Source of the DNA: Paraglomus brasilianum
Lineage: Eukaryota
Assembly (NCBI GenBank): GCA_910592345.1
Contig: CAJVPI010000149.1
Location: forward strand, 1-48,531
Reading direction: 5' to 3'
Length of the DNA stretch: 48,531 nucleotides
Both the position numbers and the translations under genes were made by a program. Positions 22,801 to 35,543 of this stretch are shown here, piece by piece; position 1 is the first letter of the stretch; every line of letters starts with the position of its first letter. Under the pieces are notes generated by a model. The model saw only the letters and a program-made list of their open reading frames with translations, made no database searches and had not been told where the DNA came from.

Positions 22801-24684
22801 CTTAAACTAATTCAAGGATTCGTAAATCTGAATTCATATTGTCGTGTCGACAATCACGGGAGAGCGGACACTGATTTACAATCGGATATGTAACTTCTCC
22901 TGCTTAAGTTAACAGTTAGTGATTTTTAAACAAGGCTTTTATTCTACTCATGATCCAACGTCGATGCATAGATGTTAAATAATCGTCCTCGAGTATTGTC
23001 ACTATCCTCTACCGATGGGATAGTTTCGGTAGTCTATAGGTTCGGGTTTGGTTTCTAATCAAACCAAACTCGCTTCCATTACAACGAGTATTTATTTTAT
23101 TTACCACAAGAGTAATTGCGCGGAAGATTAACGATTTCTCTGCTATATGGAATAATACTAGAGAATGAAATAATAATCATATGTGTAAATAATAAATAAA
23201 TTGAATTGAGTGAAAACACACTGATCGTAGTGGAAATTAAATACTTTCTGAACTGCCAACATCTACCATTTCGCCTACGTGTACAGCTGTCCGTGTTTAC
23301 CAAATTAATCTAAGAGCTAAAATATTGTGCGACTGTTATTATTATTGCGGCGTGGATTGCCAACCAGGTTTTACCAATTTCATCGTGCACCGATCCTGGA
23401 ATGTCCGTGATATCATCGGAACTGCGCAGAAATGTGAGGAAGAATATACGCCATTCACCGCACGTTACCATGATAATTGAAAAAAATAATTACGCGTGCA
23501 AACATTATTAATTAAAAAATATCGCTCTCGCACACTGGTTGATGAGATTTTACTCAAAAGCATGAAATGTACCGTTCTCCAGCCGGTCGATTATAAATTT
23601 GCAAAATGAGATTAACCTTACGTAATTCTATATAAATACCAGTTTATTTGTCTTAATTTCTAACTGATCTAGTCACATATTGATTGAGAAGCTAAAATGT
23701 AAAGGGCACTAAATTACTGAAGCTTTTCTATGATATTATGTTTTACGAGTATAAAATTCTTTGAAAATAACTTATTGTCCACTATTGGACTAATCCCGTG
23801 ATAGAAACCATGAGTGACTTGAGGACAATTAACTTATCTAGGATTAGTGTCACTCATCGACATAGTAAAGTCATAAGTGTAAAAATCCTAGTGTTTTAAA
23901 GGCCACTAATTGTATACTATAAGTAGGAAAAGCCACATTCCGTTCGAAAGTAGCTAATTCCTAGTGCTGACTACTGACTACTGACTGCTCTCCTGTAGTA
24001 TTCAGCATGACAGTTGGTGTGGATTCTGTAGACTAGTGACTCTACACTATATGAATATGAATATGATTAATCTGATCACTGTCAATTCAAGTTTTGATGG
24101 TATTGAACAATAAAACAAAGATAAACTCACTTGTATAAACACCTCATCTTCAGTATTTTTAATCAATAACTCTCCTCTTGTGCCTGTCATTCTGCCTATT
24201 CATCTGAAGTTAACACTTTTCCGGCGTCAGCTTTCACCATATGCAGCTCACATAAGTCAGCAATTTATGTCATCTTTATTCTCATATTCTCTGAGTTAAA
24301 CCCATTTGCATTGTTATCATTGAAAGGTTGCTGCCATTGGAAAATTCATGGTAAATTGGCTTGAACCTTCAGTTTCAGAGGCCAATAGTAATAGTAATAG
24401 GCCACTAACAGCATTGTGTTTCTGCAAAACATTAATGACAAATTTCTTTTTCCTAGATTGCAGAAGTATTAAGTATGTATTGATAATTTTTTCTAATAAA
24501 TTAAACCTATTTTGAGTTTCAACTACTAACCTTAGAAAACTTTACATCACCCACTTGTCTTTTCTCAAGTTGCTGCTAAAATCCTCAGTCCTCTTTGACT
24601 GTAGTTTCCGTTACATCATCCCAATATAATATAATCAATCACTTGTTCGATGTTCAATTTGTTCCTTTTATAACTTAAGCATAT

Positions 24685-25576
24685 TGTTACGCTTATGGCT
24701 CAGATAAGCAAGTCACATGGTAAAATCTTCCCCCGCAGTCAAGCAAAACCCCATGATCAATGTTAATTTTAGAATGGCAGCACATTTTCAGTATCAGATA
24801 CACCGTGTACGTGTAGATTTTTGAGTGTCAGCACAAACGCCATTAGCTAATTTAGAATATGATTGGTTTTTTATAGAAATTACGATTATTTAGCTCTGTT
24901 TTGATTTTTTGAGTGTCGCTAAAGGTATATAAGCGACCCTTATCCCATCGTCAAATTCTCATGTTGTATATGTTGTCAATATGTTATAAAATATTGTTCA
25001 GGTTATTGAACAATAATTTCCACTTCACGAAATAATAATCAAATAAACGATTCCCTTTGAAATCGAAACATTACTTTCTTTCATTGTTGAAATAATTATT
25101 TGACCGGACACACTAATAAACGCCTCACTCAAGCTGTAAACGTCCATAAACGGCTTATCTAAGCTGCATAAATTGTCCGTTAATCTATTACTCTTAATCA
25201 AGGAACGAGAGCCAATAGTTATTTATTGAAACAAAAATTGTTTAATTAGTTATTTAGAGACAAGTGACGGAACCGACTAGTCGAAATACCAAATCAAAGA
25301 AAGCCCTGTTCAATTTAAAAAATATTTATTTCCCCTTTGATTTTGCGGTAGAATATGGGTACCCTTATTTGGATTGAAGCTCGGATAGGGAATTAGGAAG
25401 CGCGCAATTTAATATATATAATATTAATAAGGTCACTTGTAGATTTAGAATTCAGTCTTAATTGAACAATTACCGTAATAAGGGCGGTAGCACGAAGCTA
25501 AATCTGGTAACATCCCCCGGTCGGAAGAACACTCCTACGCGAAAGATTAATCGCCTCAGACCATCCGACCGTAACA
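24685..25576 (+). mobile_element. Solo LTR (892 bp) with a 4-bp target-site duplication ATAT
   Basis: Ends TGTTACG...CGTAACA, with ATAT at both 24681-24684 and 25577-25580. TATA-like TATATAA at ~24926. Collinear homology with 46498-47473. Confidence 0.88.
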
Positions 25577-25626
25577 ATATTACAGGGACATAACATGAGT
25601 CCTCAATTTATAACAACGACTTAATA

Positions 25627-25708
25627 CACAGTCGGACTCGATAAGTCGGTTTATACGTATCATTGGGTAATTGTTAGCCAGTAGCAGTCGATAAACTGAC
25701 TTATGGAT
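25627..25708 (+). mobile_element. DNA-transposon-like terminus (TA|CACAG..ACTCGATAAGTCGG), same family as 48430-48469
   Basis: Shares CACAG-N4-ACTCGATAAGTCGG with 48430-48452, plus a degenerate inverted copy at ~25696-25708. Confidence 0.45.
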
Positions 25709-26078
25709 CTTTGATATTGTAAGACCAGTAACTTCTTTAATATATTGATATGTTATTATAAAACATACCAAGATGTATTCCCAGACCAGACCTATCAAGT
25801 ATGATAATTCTATGACTTAAAATTTACAAATAAACAATCCTTCTCCAAACTGGCATATCTTGAGCCTGTCAGCTTTTTAGTCAAATTCAAAATCAAGTCA
25901 GCTAAAGGCTTGGATTCCAGAATAATTATGTAAAGTACATGAAAAATAGTGAGAGGAGTAAGTTACCATGCCGTGGGACTTTTCTCTTATTATCGTATAA
26001 CGACTTTGAAAATGGGCATGCTGCAACAAAACCAAACAATGTGAACATTCTAATTCTATTATGAGACATAAATTAGAG

Positions 26079-26260
26079 GCTGTTGTGGCTGAAAGGTGAC
26101 TAATTTGACTAATAGCATTTTGATTATCACAGCAATAACTTGTACACAAATTTATGTAGTAAACTTCTATTATTGTCTAAAAATTATACATAATTAATAT
26201 AGGATTATGTCTATTACTATATAAAAATTTTAATATGAAACCAAGTTACATCAAGTCCAC
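26079..26260 (+). repeat. ~180-bp degenerate direct repeat, copy 1 (paralogous pseudo-exon/intron fragment)
   Basis: Aligns to 27616-27797 (e.g. CTTGTACACAAATTTATGTAG, TCTAAAAATTATACATAATTAATATAG). Ends in YETKLHQVH versus YETNLYQIH in copy 2. Confidence 0.8.
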
Positions 26261-26261
26261 T

Positions 26262-26912
26262 GTTATTTTGAATAACAAAAGTTAAAATTTTTCCTTATTC
26301 TTTTCTTTGGCTTTGCTTACTAATTTTTTGAGTTTGCATAATCTATTTTCTTTCTGTTTTTTAGGTAAAGCTGGTAATTCTTTGGTTGCTAAATAATCTC
26401 TTCTGCTTATTTCTTGATCTTTATTTAAAAATTTATTTTCTAATGACTTTATTCGATCTATAAGCTTGCCCATTGCAGCATTGTGCTTTAATACTGTTTC
26501 AGACATTTGGCTCATCCAATGCCTTTTCGTTCCATTTCCACTTCATCCTCTATCTCTTCTATCCTTGTTTCTAATTCTTTTTTTTCTTGATAAGTAAAAC
26601 TAAAAGCTCTTCATAATTTGTGCTTTTCTCGGAAAAACATTTTCAGTAGTGAATTTATTGCTAAAAACAACTCTTCCAATTTCAACTCCATTCTTTTCTG
26701 GATGACTTACTCAACCATTGTTAGGTCAAGTGTATCTTTCCAAGGTTCTTAAAGCAGTACCAGTATATTCTGAACTTCAGTAAAATTGTGAACTGCATTT
26801 CAAATTCTTAGTTTAATATTAAAGTTCTCTTCTTTGTCTGCTAATTGCTTCTTTAAATTTCGTTTTCTTTTATTTTTCTGTTCGAGTTTTTGCTATTATT
26901 ACGTTTGCCATG
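26262..26912 (-). pseudogene. Frameshifted, intronless, Lys/Glu-rich coiled-coil ORF fragment with several TGA codons in Trp-like contexts (possible Mollicutes-endobacterium origin)
   Basis: Reads MANVII.KLEQK...KLRI[TGA]NAVH / RYT[TGA]PNNG[TGA]VSHPEKNGVEIGRVVF / KHKL[TGA]RAFSFTYQEKKELETRIEEIEDE / ...KELPALPKKQ...KLKKLVSKAKEKNKEKF. Confidence 0.45.
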
Positions 26913-27121
26913 CTTTTCCCTTTTTATTTTTATTTATTCTTTTAATATACTTAAATTCTTTTTATGAGGGTATATTAAGTATACAATTATTTTAATATTT
27001 CTTTTTATTTAAGCTTCAAAAATTAAAAGTGGAAAAGCTATCAATATTCGTTTAAATTAGACGGAGAACTCAATGATAGCGAGGAAATTAATGAGCCTTG
27101 AAATTATTTAGTCTAAATATT

Positions 27122-27250
27122 TTATTCGTTGCCAGTATAAGTTGGTCTTGAACAAGTAATATCTTTGAATTTATCTCTAATAAATGAACTAATATTATGA
27201 TAAAGATATTCTTGTCTTTTATAATTCAAAGGAGGAAGAGTTAGAACTAG
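27122..27250 (-). mobile_element. C-terminal remnant of a DNA-transposon-associated protein (resembles the DUF7869-type family)
   Basis: LPPLNYKRQEYLYHNISSFIRDKFKDITCSRP resembles the ERQxYLYxxIRxF...KDxxCPxP C-terminal motif of this family, recalled from memory. Confidence 0.45.
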
Positions 27251-27615
27251 GATTGAATTCCTTTGGTAATTTCAGAAACGCTTACTTTTCTAATTTTTAA
27301 CAAATTAATTCAGCATCATTAACAACCAGCTGGGCTTTGACAACTCCAGGTCGAGCTGCTTCAATTATATTCGACTCAATGATTATTGATTTCAATCGAT
27401 GAGTGATGAATCATTAAGATTCATCGTCTTTATTTATATGAAATTCGAGTAGTATATTTAAGATAGAATGGATATATTATTTCACTATATAACTAAATAT
27501 TTTGTGTTTGTAAATGAAATGACTGAGTCTCGTACGATGGCTAAGTCATGTACACCGGTTGAAAATATTTCATCAGGCGTACAAATTAGTGTTACATTAA
27601 TTGGGGCTAAAAATT

Positions 27616-27797
27616 GCTGGTGTGGCTGAAAGTTAATGGATTTGACTAATGACATTTTTGATTACTCACAGCAATAGCTTGTACACAAATTTATGTAGCA
27701 AACTTCCATACTATCTAAAAATTATACATAATTAATATAGAATTACTTCTATATAAATAATAATAAGATATATGAAACTAATTTATATCAAATCCAC
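27616..27797 (+). repeat. ~180-bp degenerate direct repeat, copy 2
   Basis: Aligns to 26079-26260 and continues into a broken reading frame to ~28040. Confidence 0.8.
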
Positions 27798-28368
27798 CAT
27801 GGAACCAAAGAATTACAGTACTGTTAGAAACATTTTAAAAAAGAACAGAGTGAAGAAATTGCTCTATACATTTTTAAAATCAATGCCATGGAGACATTTA
27901 TGAAGAAGCTGAGACAGATAGTAAGGCAGACAGTGTATGTGAATTGACAACAGCTCCAGAACGGATCATTGAATTCAGGTCGGGATTTATTGCAGAAATG
28001 GTCATTTGGAGTGAGACATTACATATAAGGCTGAAGTAAATCTGAAAATATTTTGCAAAAGTAAGTATACACGATAGTAAATCTAATCTTTTTTTTGTCC
28101 TTTGTTTGTATAACATCGGCGTCACTAACGAGCATGCGCCATCGTTTTTCAATATACAGTACCAATTGTAAATTGCTGCAAGCAGTTGTTTGTTCTTTTC
28201 TGCAACAGCATGAGAATTATTAAAACATATTAATGCACTAGATCGTTACATTAGTTTAAAATCAATGAATGTGATGAACAAACGACAATAGACGAGTTTT
28301 TTAATCAGCAGCAATAATACTTATTATTATATATTAATATAATTAATAAAAATTTGTTAACCATGCAT

Positions 28369-28429
28369 CCCTCTATTCAAGCACGCTCTGATGCATTCCC
28401 AATGGTGTGCTTTAATAGAGGGTTCACTG
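28369..28429 (-). mobile_element. pogo/Tc1-type terminal inverted repeat (single end)
   Basis: The minus strand begins TA|CAGTGAACCCTCTATTAAAGCAC, with an internal inverted copy CCCTCTATTCAAGCAC at 28369-28384. Confidence 0.6.
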
Positions 28430-29590
28430 TATCTGCTTGAATCATGATAATGCCAAACGAGGACTCACCTAAGTTTTAGCCAGGCAGACTCATAAAAATA
28501 TGATTACTTGAAGTTAGATACTATACTTATTCTCTCTTGGTTTTTGAAATAATTCTGCCACGTCCTTGAAAGCCTTTTCTGATTTTCCTCTTGATAGACC
28601 TTGCGTTTGAAAATATAAGGAGCAATTTTCTCGTTTTAATAGAGAGCGTGATTTTGGGATCTAATATAAAGAAGCTTCATATATTTAATTTTATACAGTT
28701 CTATTTTCCATTGGCTAACTATCGAATTACGTTGGTATCTTGATTTACAGTATCATCGCGTAGTCATTTACCCGTCAATTGATACTGGCGCAGCGAATGT
28801 GTTTGTGGAGAATACGTCACTATTATCTGCCAGTGATAAGTATAATGTTGAAAAGCAAATTGGCATAGCTACATACAGCAGAGCAATAATCCTAGTTCAT
28901 ATTACCAAAAGAGTTTTCAAAATGTTTCTACAATTATGACAGCTTAACATTGACACTTCTGAGTCATTATCAAAAAAGTGGAAGATGTAACCTAAAATCT
29001 TTGTAGATATATCAGTGAAGAGATATTCCGGATTAAAAGCATGAGTCCTAAATTGCCTCGATCGCCTGAAAACGTAGCTGCTTTTAACTGCGTACTAATT
29101 ACTAATATCTGTCAAGCGTTACCGTCTTAATCGATAGTCTGATCTATGAATGGGTGTTTTTTGACAACTGAATTTTGCCTATTAATCCTTTCTGGAGCAT
29201 TTCGTACATTCTGGTACTTTATTAACTTGATCAGGGAGTTTACCATTAACACGTCACCAGTTACTTATGAATAGAAGATGCACACTTTATTTATTGCATG
29301 AAGTACTGTGATCCGAATCACAAAGCTGCGCGCCTCGATTGTACAACACAATGCTAGAAAACTGCATAAAGCTGGAACAACCATCAAAAATGATAGTAGC
29401 AATAGTATGTTATGGCGATGCTATCTGATGCAAACGTAAAATATGAATGACCCTTGCATAAGACTTCTATGTCATTTACAGAGTCCTTTGCTGTAAAAGC
29501 AATTGACGAATGACTAACTACTAACTTTACAAATCTGTCATTATCAAAGCAATCATCATGAACCAGGAAACTTACTCATTCACGCTTTCA

Positions 29591-30046
29591 TTAATCATCT
29601 GAATCCTCGTCAGTGCTAACGAACACGTCTTGTTCGTCTAGTTCGACTTCTAGTTTGACGCGTTCGATTTGGCAGTAACCAAATTCACGCCTATAATCCG
29701 AGCTATCCAAACTTTCTCCAAAATCTATCCTGTCCTTGCTTTCGTCGAAGTATTTATCGCTGGCCTCTTGGATAATGTTTGACAGTCTGTAAAGACGCCG
29801 CGCTTCACTCTTCATTGCCACCTCTGCAAGTTCCCTGGTCGCGAAACAACGGCTGCTGACATCATCCTCTGAGCTCTTGTACCCGGAGAAGTATATCGTC
29901 AACACCCAAACGTTCGTGTTATTCTTATCCTTGCCTGAAAAGAGGGGAAAAAAGGTCAAGTTCCTTGGATCATGCAAAGGCAAACAGTAACCAACTCTAC
30001 CTGTGGCTTTTGAGGTGGTTGCAGTCGTTGACGTGGTTTTTTTCAT
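29591..30046 (-). CDS. Small hypothetical protein, ~129 aa after removing a probable 66-nt intron (29935-30000)
   Basis: ATG-initiated ORF with a GTAGAG...TTTTCAG intron that has a pyrimidine tract and is in frame. Coding-like composition and an acidic tail. Confidence 0.65.
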   Translation of the reverse strand: MKKTTSTTATTSKATGRVGYCLPLHDPRNLTFFPLFSGKDKNNTNVWVLTIYFSGYKSSEDDVSSRCFATRELAEVAMKSEARRLYRLSNIIQEASDKYFDESKDRIDFGESLDSSDYRREFGYCQIERVKLEVELDEQDVFVSTDEDSDD

Positions 30047-30376
30047 AGCTCTGTGCTTATATCAGTGTAGAGTGCGAATGTGATCTTGATGAAGATGTGA
30101 AGAGAACGATTTAGGAAGTTATGACAATATTAATATCGAAATCAAATATTTAAATCAGGACTGGTAGAGAGTATCTATATATACTTGAAAATCCACGTGC
30201 AAAAAGTTTCGTTTTTGGTAGATCGGCAAGTAGCAAGGCAAGTACCCCCAAATTTAGGTTGCCTCGACTATCACATGTCACGTGGCATAACATTCTCTCA
30301 TCAGTCATGTGATTCTGATAATGTTGCGCGTTTGCTCGTGCCTCGGCGAGGCCTCTCTAGATTATTTCGTCACAGC

Positions 30377-31984
30377 ATGATAGTGTTTTCAATAATCAGT
30401 CAATTGTCTCGTCTATTCTTCATTTTGTTGTTACCTTTAGCCTTTCAATTAGGAGGGCGTGTGACTGGTCTGGCACTTTCTTTTGCGTTTATCGTATACT
30501 TTGGCGCGTTGAGCATAGCACGAGCAATATGGTGGAAAGAAAATACTCTGGGTTGGGTTATTGTAAGTGAGGGCACGATGGCGATTGCATTTATTATTGT
30601 TATTCAACTAATTGTTCTCTCTAACATGCCTTTAGCCCCAATTGCTGGCAATGTCTCAACCCATACTAATCCCCTACTTTGTGTATCACTCCATTCGATT
30701 GACATATGCCTCGACACAAAGCAGTGAAGAAGATGTATTGCTCATGATGCTTAAGGGATATGAATCAATATTAGCCTATTGCGCTCCTGTGTTTATACTA
30801 ATAGAGGGCCTTGCGACATCATTGGTATTAGAAGTGGGTCGGAAAGCAGTGAAGAAACGTGATCATTTACAGGTAGCATATGAAATATCGCAAAGATTAC
30901 TCACCGGCTTCACCATCACTTTATTGTATATCCTGATGACACTCATGAACTGTACTGTTTATTCAATGCACAGCTTCCATTATTCATAGGTTCAATGCTC
31001 TTATACTTCGCATCTGGACTAGCTTTGACCTATGTTTATAATACCAATTGGGTAGATTCATTGTCAGCAACTCTTGTGGGGGTATCACTAACGTTAACAC
31101 TGTCCATTACTGTGTTCCTATTTTTCAGCCGGAAAGGTGTCATCACGGATACTGCACTAATGGTAAGCATATGCTCGACTGTTTGTACTCATGGTTATCG
31201 CGGTTTCTAATTGTTACCTCTTTAGTTTACGTATATAGTATATTGCATCTCAATGATGTCCATTGATTGGCAACACGCGCGTAATAAACCATCGCCGACT
31301 GAAACAATCCAATCGGACAGTTCACTACCTCTGCCGTTGATAATATTCAGGTAATGGCTCACTAACGACGGTGTTTCGGTCTATTTGCTGTTTGTGCATC
31401 ATCCTCATGTCTCTCTCCCGTGCCTTTTAGAAAATTGGATTTCGAACATGTTGTAAGCTTGACCGTCGAATACGTACAATCGGTCAAATTCGTATCGGCT
31501 ATCCAAAGGACCCTCGCATTGGAAGTATTTGTGGCCCTTGTTTATCGCATGAGCGTTATCATATCAGCTGCTTATTTTGTATCCAAATTTAAGCAAGCGA
31601 GATTGGAAGCCGAGACTGGGATTAGGCACAAAGACGACGAAGAGATTGTGAGTTATTCTTTACGATTAGATTATATCTATAAAGGTTTGGATCCTTTACG
31701 GTTTACTGACGACACACACTTCTTGGTTTAACCAGGGTCCGAGATTCCTCAATTTAATTACTTCGATCACCACACCGACGCTCATTGCTGTCTATACACA
31801 TTTACTCTTGTGTCATTTTGGATATTTAGACGGTAGAAACTTCATATGGCGGTGGTTTAACATATTTTGTTTTCTCTTCATTCATACTGCAGAGATATTA
31901 TATGACGATGACGATACTTGGGATTTCGAAAGGGAAGGATTGGGGAAAAATTACTTTGACGATTATTATGAGAAGGCTGATTGA
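30377..31984 (+). CDS. ICE2: ICE2-family ER membrane protein, ~400 aa; exons 30377-30562, 30636-30872, 30974-31162, 31226-31350, 31431-31647, 31736-31984
   Basis: LPLAFQLGG..TGLA.S, PVFILIEG, SATLVG, YR.SV, IAVYTHLLL.HFG and WRWFN motifs. Multi-pass hydrophobicity; exons join in frame. Confidence 0.82.
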
Positions 31985-33203
31985 TATATATTATCGATTA
32001 CTTCGTTATAGACAACTGTATTGACGTCACAAATAAATAATACTCATTAGATATGCTAAACTTGCATGTCCTAATTGCCCCTCATTATTAACTATGGAAG
32101 GACATAATTTACCTTTTGAAATCTTTTTTGGCTGAGAAGGAGAAAACTCCTGACATTGGTCGGAATGGTAATAGATCGGATTCCGTTGTTGCTACCGCTG
32201 CTACTGCTGCTACTTTCTGATTCTCTACGAACTTGTTGCTCGCACGGCGATGCTTCAAGTAAGTATGAGTCGGTTGCGATTGCGTTTCTGTAGGTCGGAC
32301 AATGGTAATGAAGTCCAATCCCATAGTACAAGCTCAGGTTGGGGCGGGTTGCATAATGTTCCATGTTAGCTGAGATACTTCTCCCGACCCACTCTTCAAA
32401 ATGCCTGGTCTTTCAATCGTCAACTTGCTGTTGATACAGCACAAATTTTTTCAAGGTTAAACCAAGATGCCAATCGAGCTGATAACTAACTTTGCCTCAA
32501 ACAAGGCAAGAGTGCTTACATTTTTGCTTGTTTTTTCTCCTATATTTTATCTTATCAATTAAAATTTTCTTGTAAATTTACTATTACGATTAATTTGCTT
32601 GATTTACTAAGCTTTCTTAGAATTTCTTTTTTGCTACCTTTCGGCGAGTCGCATTATCTCGCTAATATAGCGGGTTAGGCGAATGAGCCTTTTATATGCG
32701 ATTCCCTCCACCATCTACATAGCCGTTCTGTTGTGATTTTTAAACTACATATTAAGGTTATTTTGAGCAATTGCATATAATGTTTCGATGATGTTGATTT
32801 ATTTACTACGACTAAGTATTGCTGCACTATTGAACAAGTCCCAATTGTTTACATGCTTGTATCATCATTATAACACTTAATCATAATCAATATTGCTTAT
32901 GCATGAACGGGTAGAGAAATAACTTTCAAGTACAATTATACTAAGTGAAGATATGTGAGAAGCGTCCAGGATATTCTGTATGAATATTCTAGCCAGAATT
33001 ACTGTCGATGGAAATACTCAACATGCATACGGAGAGTCAGTGTCCTTAGAGCAGAGTATAATACTATACAAAAAGTATGAGGACCTGAAATGATAAACGA
33101 TTGGAAAATCCATCTATGTGAATAACAAAGCTAGCGAACCTAAATTATTAAAACATTGTCTGTGTAAGCTATGTTTGCATAATAATAAAATTCTTGTAGT
33201 CTA

Positions 33204-33213
33204 ATCACGTGAT
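33204..33213. promoter_or_regulatory. Palindromic E-box ATCACGTGAT (bHLH/Cbf1-like site) upstream of SLY1
   Basis: Perfect palindrome ~120 bp before the ATG. Similar TCACGTG sites occur at 30278 (ICE2) and 40689 (NDUFS5/DASH-like). Confidence 0.4.
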
Positions 33214-33333
33214 GCTTCACTGGAAGTAGTCGACCACGTTTCACTTTTCCGTACTTTTTGAATTTATAAATATAAAAGTATAATAGACTATAGAACAATA
33301 AACTAGTGGCGATTTGTCTATCATCCTTACATC

Positions 33334-35543
33334 ATGGCCTCACCCTTGAAGGAAGTTAGCTTGCGAGAGCAGCAAATAGAAGCAATAGTCACAATGCTTA
33401 ATCTAAATACAAAGTTAGAGACACCAAACAACTCTTCATCATCAGATCTAGTGTCTGCAATACCACCTGTCGACGTTGAAACCGTATGGAAAGTTCTTAT
33501 ATTCGATGAATTTGGTAGAGACGTTATCTCGTCAGTATTAAAAGTGAACGATCTTCGGAAGAATGGTGTTACCGTTCATATGCTATTGAAAAGTGATAGG
33601 CAGCCAATTTCAGACGTACCAGCTATATACTTTGTAGAACCTACTTCAGAGAACGTCCAGCGAATAAGTGAGGACCTGGCTAGAAGTCTGTATGAGTCTT
33701 ATTATATTAATTTTACAAGTGCAATACCAAGAACGCTGCTAGAGGAGCTTGCAACTGCTACTATTCCGAACAATACATCCAATCTTATTTCACAAGTCTT
33801 TGATCAGTACCTGAATTTCTTGGTATCTGAACCTAATTTGTTCTCTCTCAACCAGCCGAGCGTCTACTATCAACTGAACTCACCGACTGCTGCAAAAACA
33901 ACGATAGATCAGGCAGTCGACAAAACAGTGAATGCGCTATTCTCAGTATTAGTGACAATGGGCGTGATTCCCATCATTCGATGTCCACGCGAAAACGCAG
34001 CTGAGATGATATCTCGTAAATTAGACGTTCGACTACGCGACCATGCTCTAAATCCACGTAATAATCTTTTTGCAGAGGGTTCATCCGTTATGAGCTTCCA
34101 GCGGCCAGTATTGATCATTGTCGATCGAAACATTGATCTCATCCCTATGCTTAGTCATTCTTGGACTTATCAAGCATTGATTGATGATGTTTTGGATATG
34201 AAATTGAATAGGATATCCGTGCAGGTGGACGAACATGGACGAAAAGTGAAAAAAAGTTATGATTTATGTGTAGAAGATTTCTTTTGGAATAAAAATGCAG
34301 CAAGTCCATTCCCACAGGTTGCTGAAGACATTGATATCGAGCTTAACAAATATAAACTGGATGCAGCAGAGTTAACTAAATTGAGTGGAGTCAACTCCAT
34401 TGACGATGTTAACCCAATGGACTTTACGCAAAATACTCAACACCTGAGGACAGCCATAACCGCATTACCCGAGCTAACTGCTCGTAAACAGACGCTTGAT
34501 ATGCATATGAACATTGCTACTTCTCTGTTACAGGGAATAAAGGAGCGGCAATTAGATACATTTTTCCAAATGGAGGAGTCAATTGCTCGACAGAATAAGC
34601 TATCAATAATCGAAGCTCTCAGAGACCCGGAGAAGCATTCGCCCGAGGATAAGTTGAGACTCTTTATTATTTACTATTTAACAGCTGATGAAATAGGAAA
34701 GGAGGATATGGTTGAATATGAGGCTGTGTTAAGGATGGCTGGATGTGATCTATCAGCACTAAATTATGCTAAAAGGTTTGTTCCTAAATTACGACTTTAT
34801 ATCGCAAGGCTATTCTATTTTGATTAACAAGGTTGCGTTTGTTTGTAGAGTACGTGAAATCACCAGGATGACGATGTTGTCAACAACTGGGCCACCGAGC
34901 TCAGGATTTGGGCAATCTAGTCAACTATTCCAAGGCTTCAGTTCGATTGGGAACAAGGTCAGTGACTACTGGGGTGTTCAATGTTCTATAATACGGTGGA
35001 ATGAGCACACTTGATGCAGTTTTTAATAATGCGATAGTAATTACTAATGTCAAATATTATTAACGTCTACTTTACATCAGTTGACGGACCGTTTAAAAGA
35101 AGGCGGCTTCAGTGGTCATTTTGACAATCTAATATCTGGTGTCAAGAACTTGCTCCCTTCACGCAAAGACTTGACACTGACCAAAGTAGTTGAATCTCTT
35201 ATGGAACCATCTGCTGGTACAAATGATACAGACGATTATCTGTATTTAGATCCCAAGACGGCTCGCTCATCAGCCGGTGCTAATAAACAACAAAGGCAGA
35301 GACACGCATTCCAAGAGGCAATTGTGTTTGTCGTTGGTGGCGGAAACTATATTGAGTATCAGAATCTGCAAGAATACGCACAGGTTAGTTTGGTGTACAG
35401 GATTGTCAAGAATGTTGGTTTGTTGTCTAATCTGTGTTTTGGCTTTATCATAGCGACAAACCGTGAAGAAGAAGATTACGTATGGATCTACTGAACTCCT
35501 GAACCCGACAGCTTTCCTACAGGAATTAGCTAAACTCGGATAG
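33334..35543 (+). CDS. SLY1: Sec1/Munc18 family protein Sly1, ~647 aa; exons 33334-34775, 34849-34957, 35081-35383, 35454-35543
   Basis: [79 protein letters not shown] motifs. Confidence 0.96.

Noticed and set aside
24120..24684. CpG-poor, exon-like minus-strand remnants next to the solo LTR
   Set aside because: Multiple stops and no recognisable domain.
32092..32720. Minus-strand ORFs between ICE2 and SLY1
   Set aside because: An in-frame stop, no recognisable family and no convincing spliced model.
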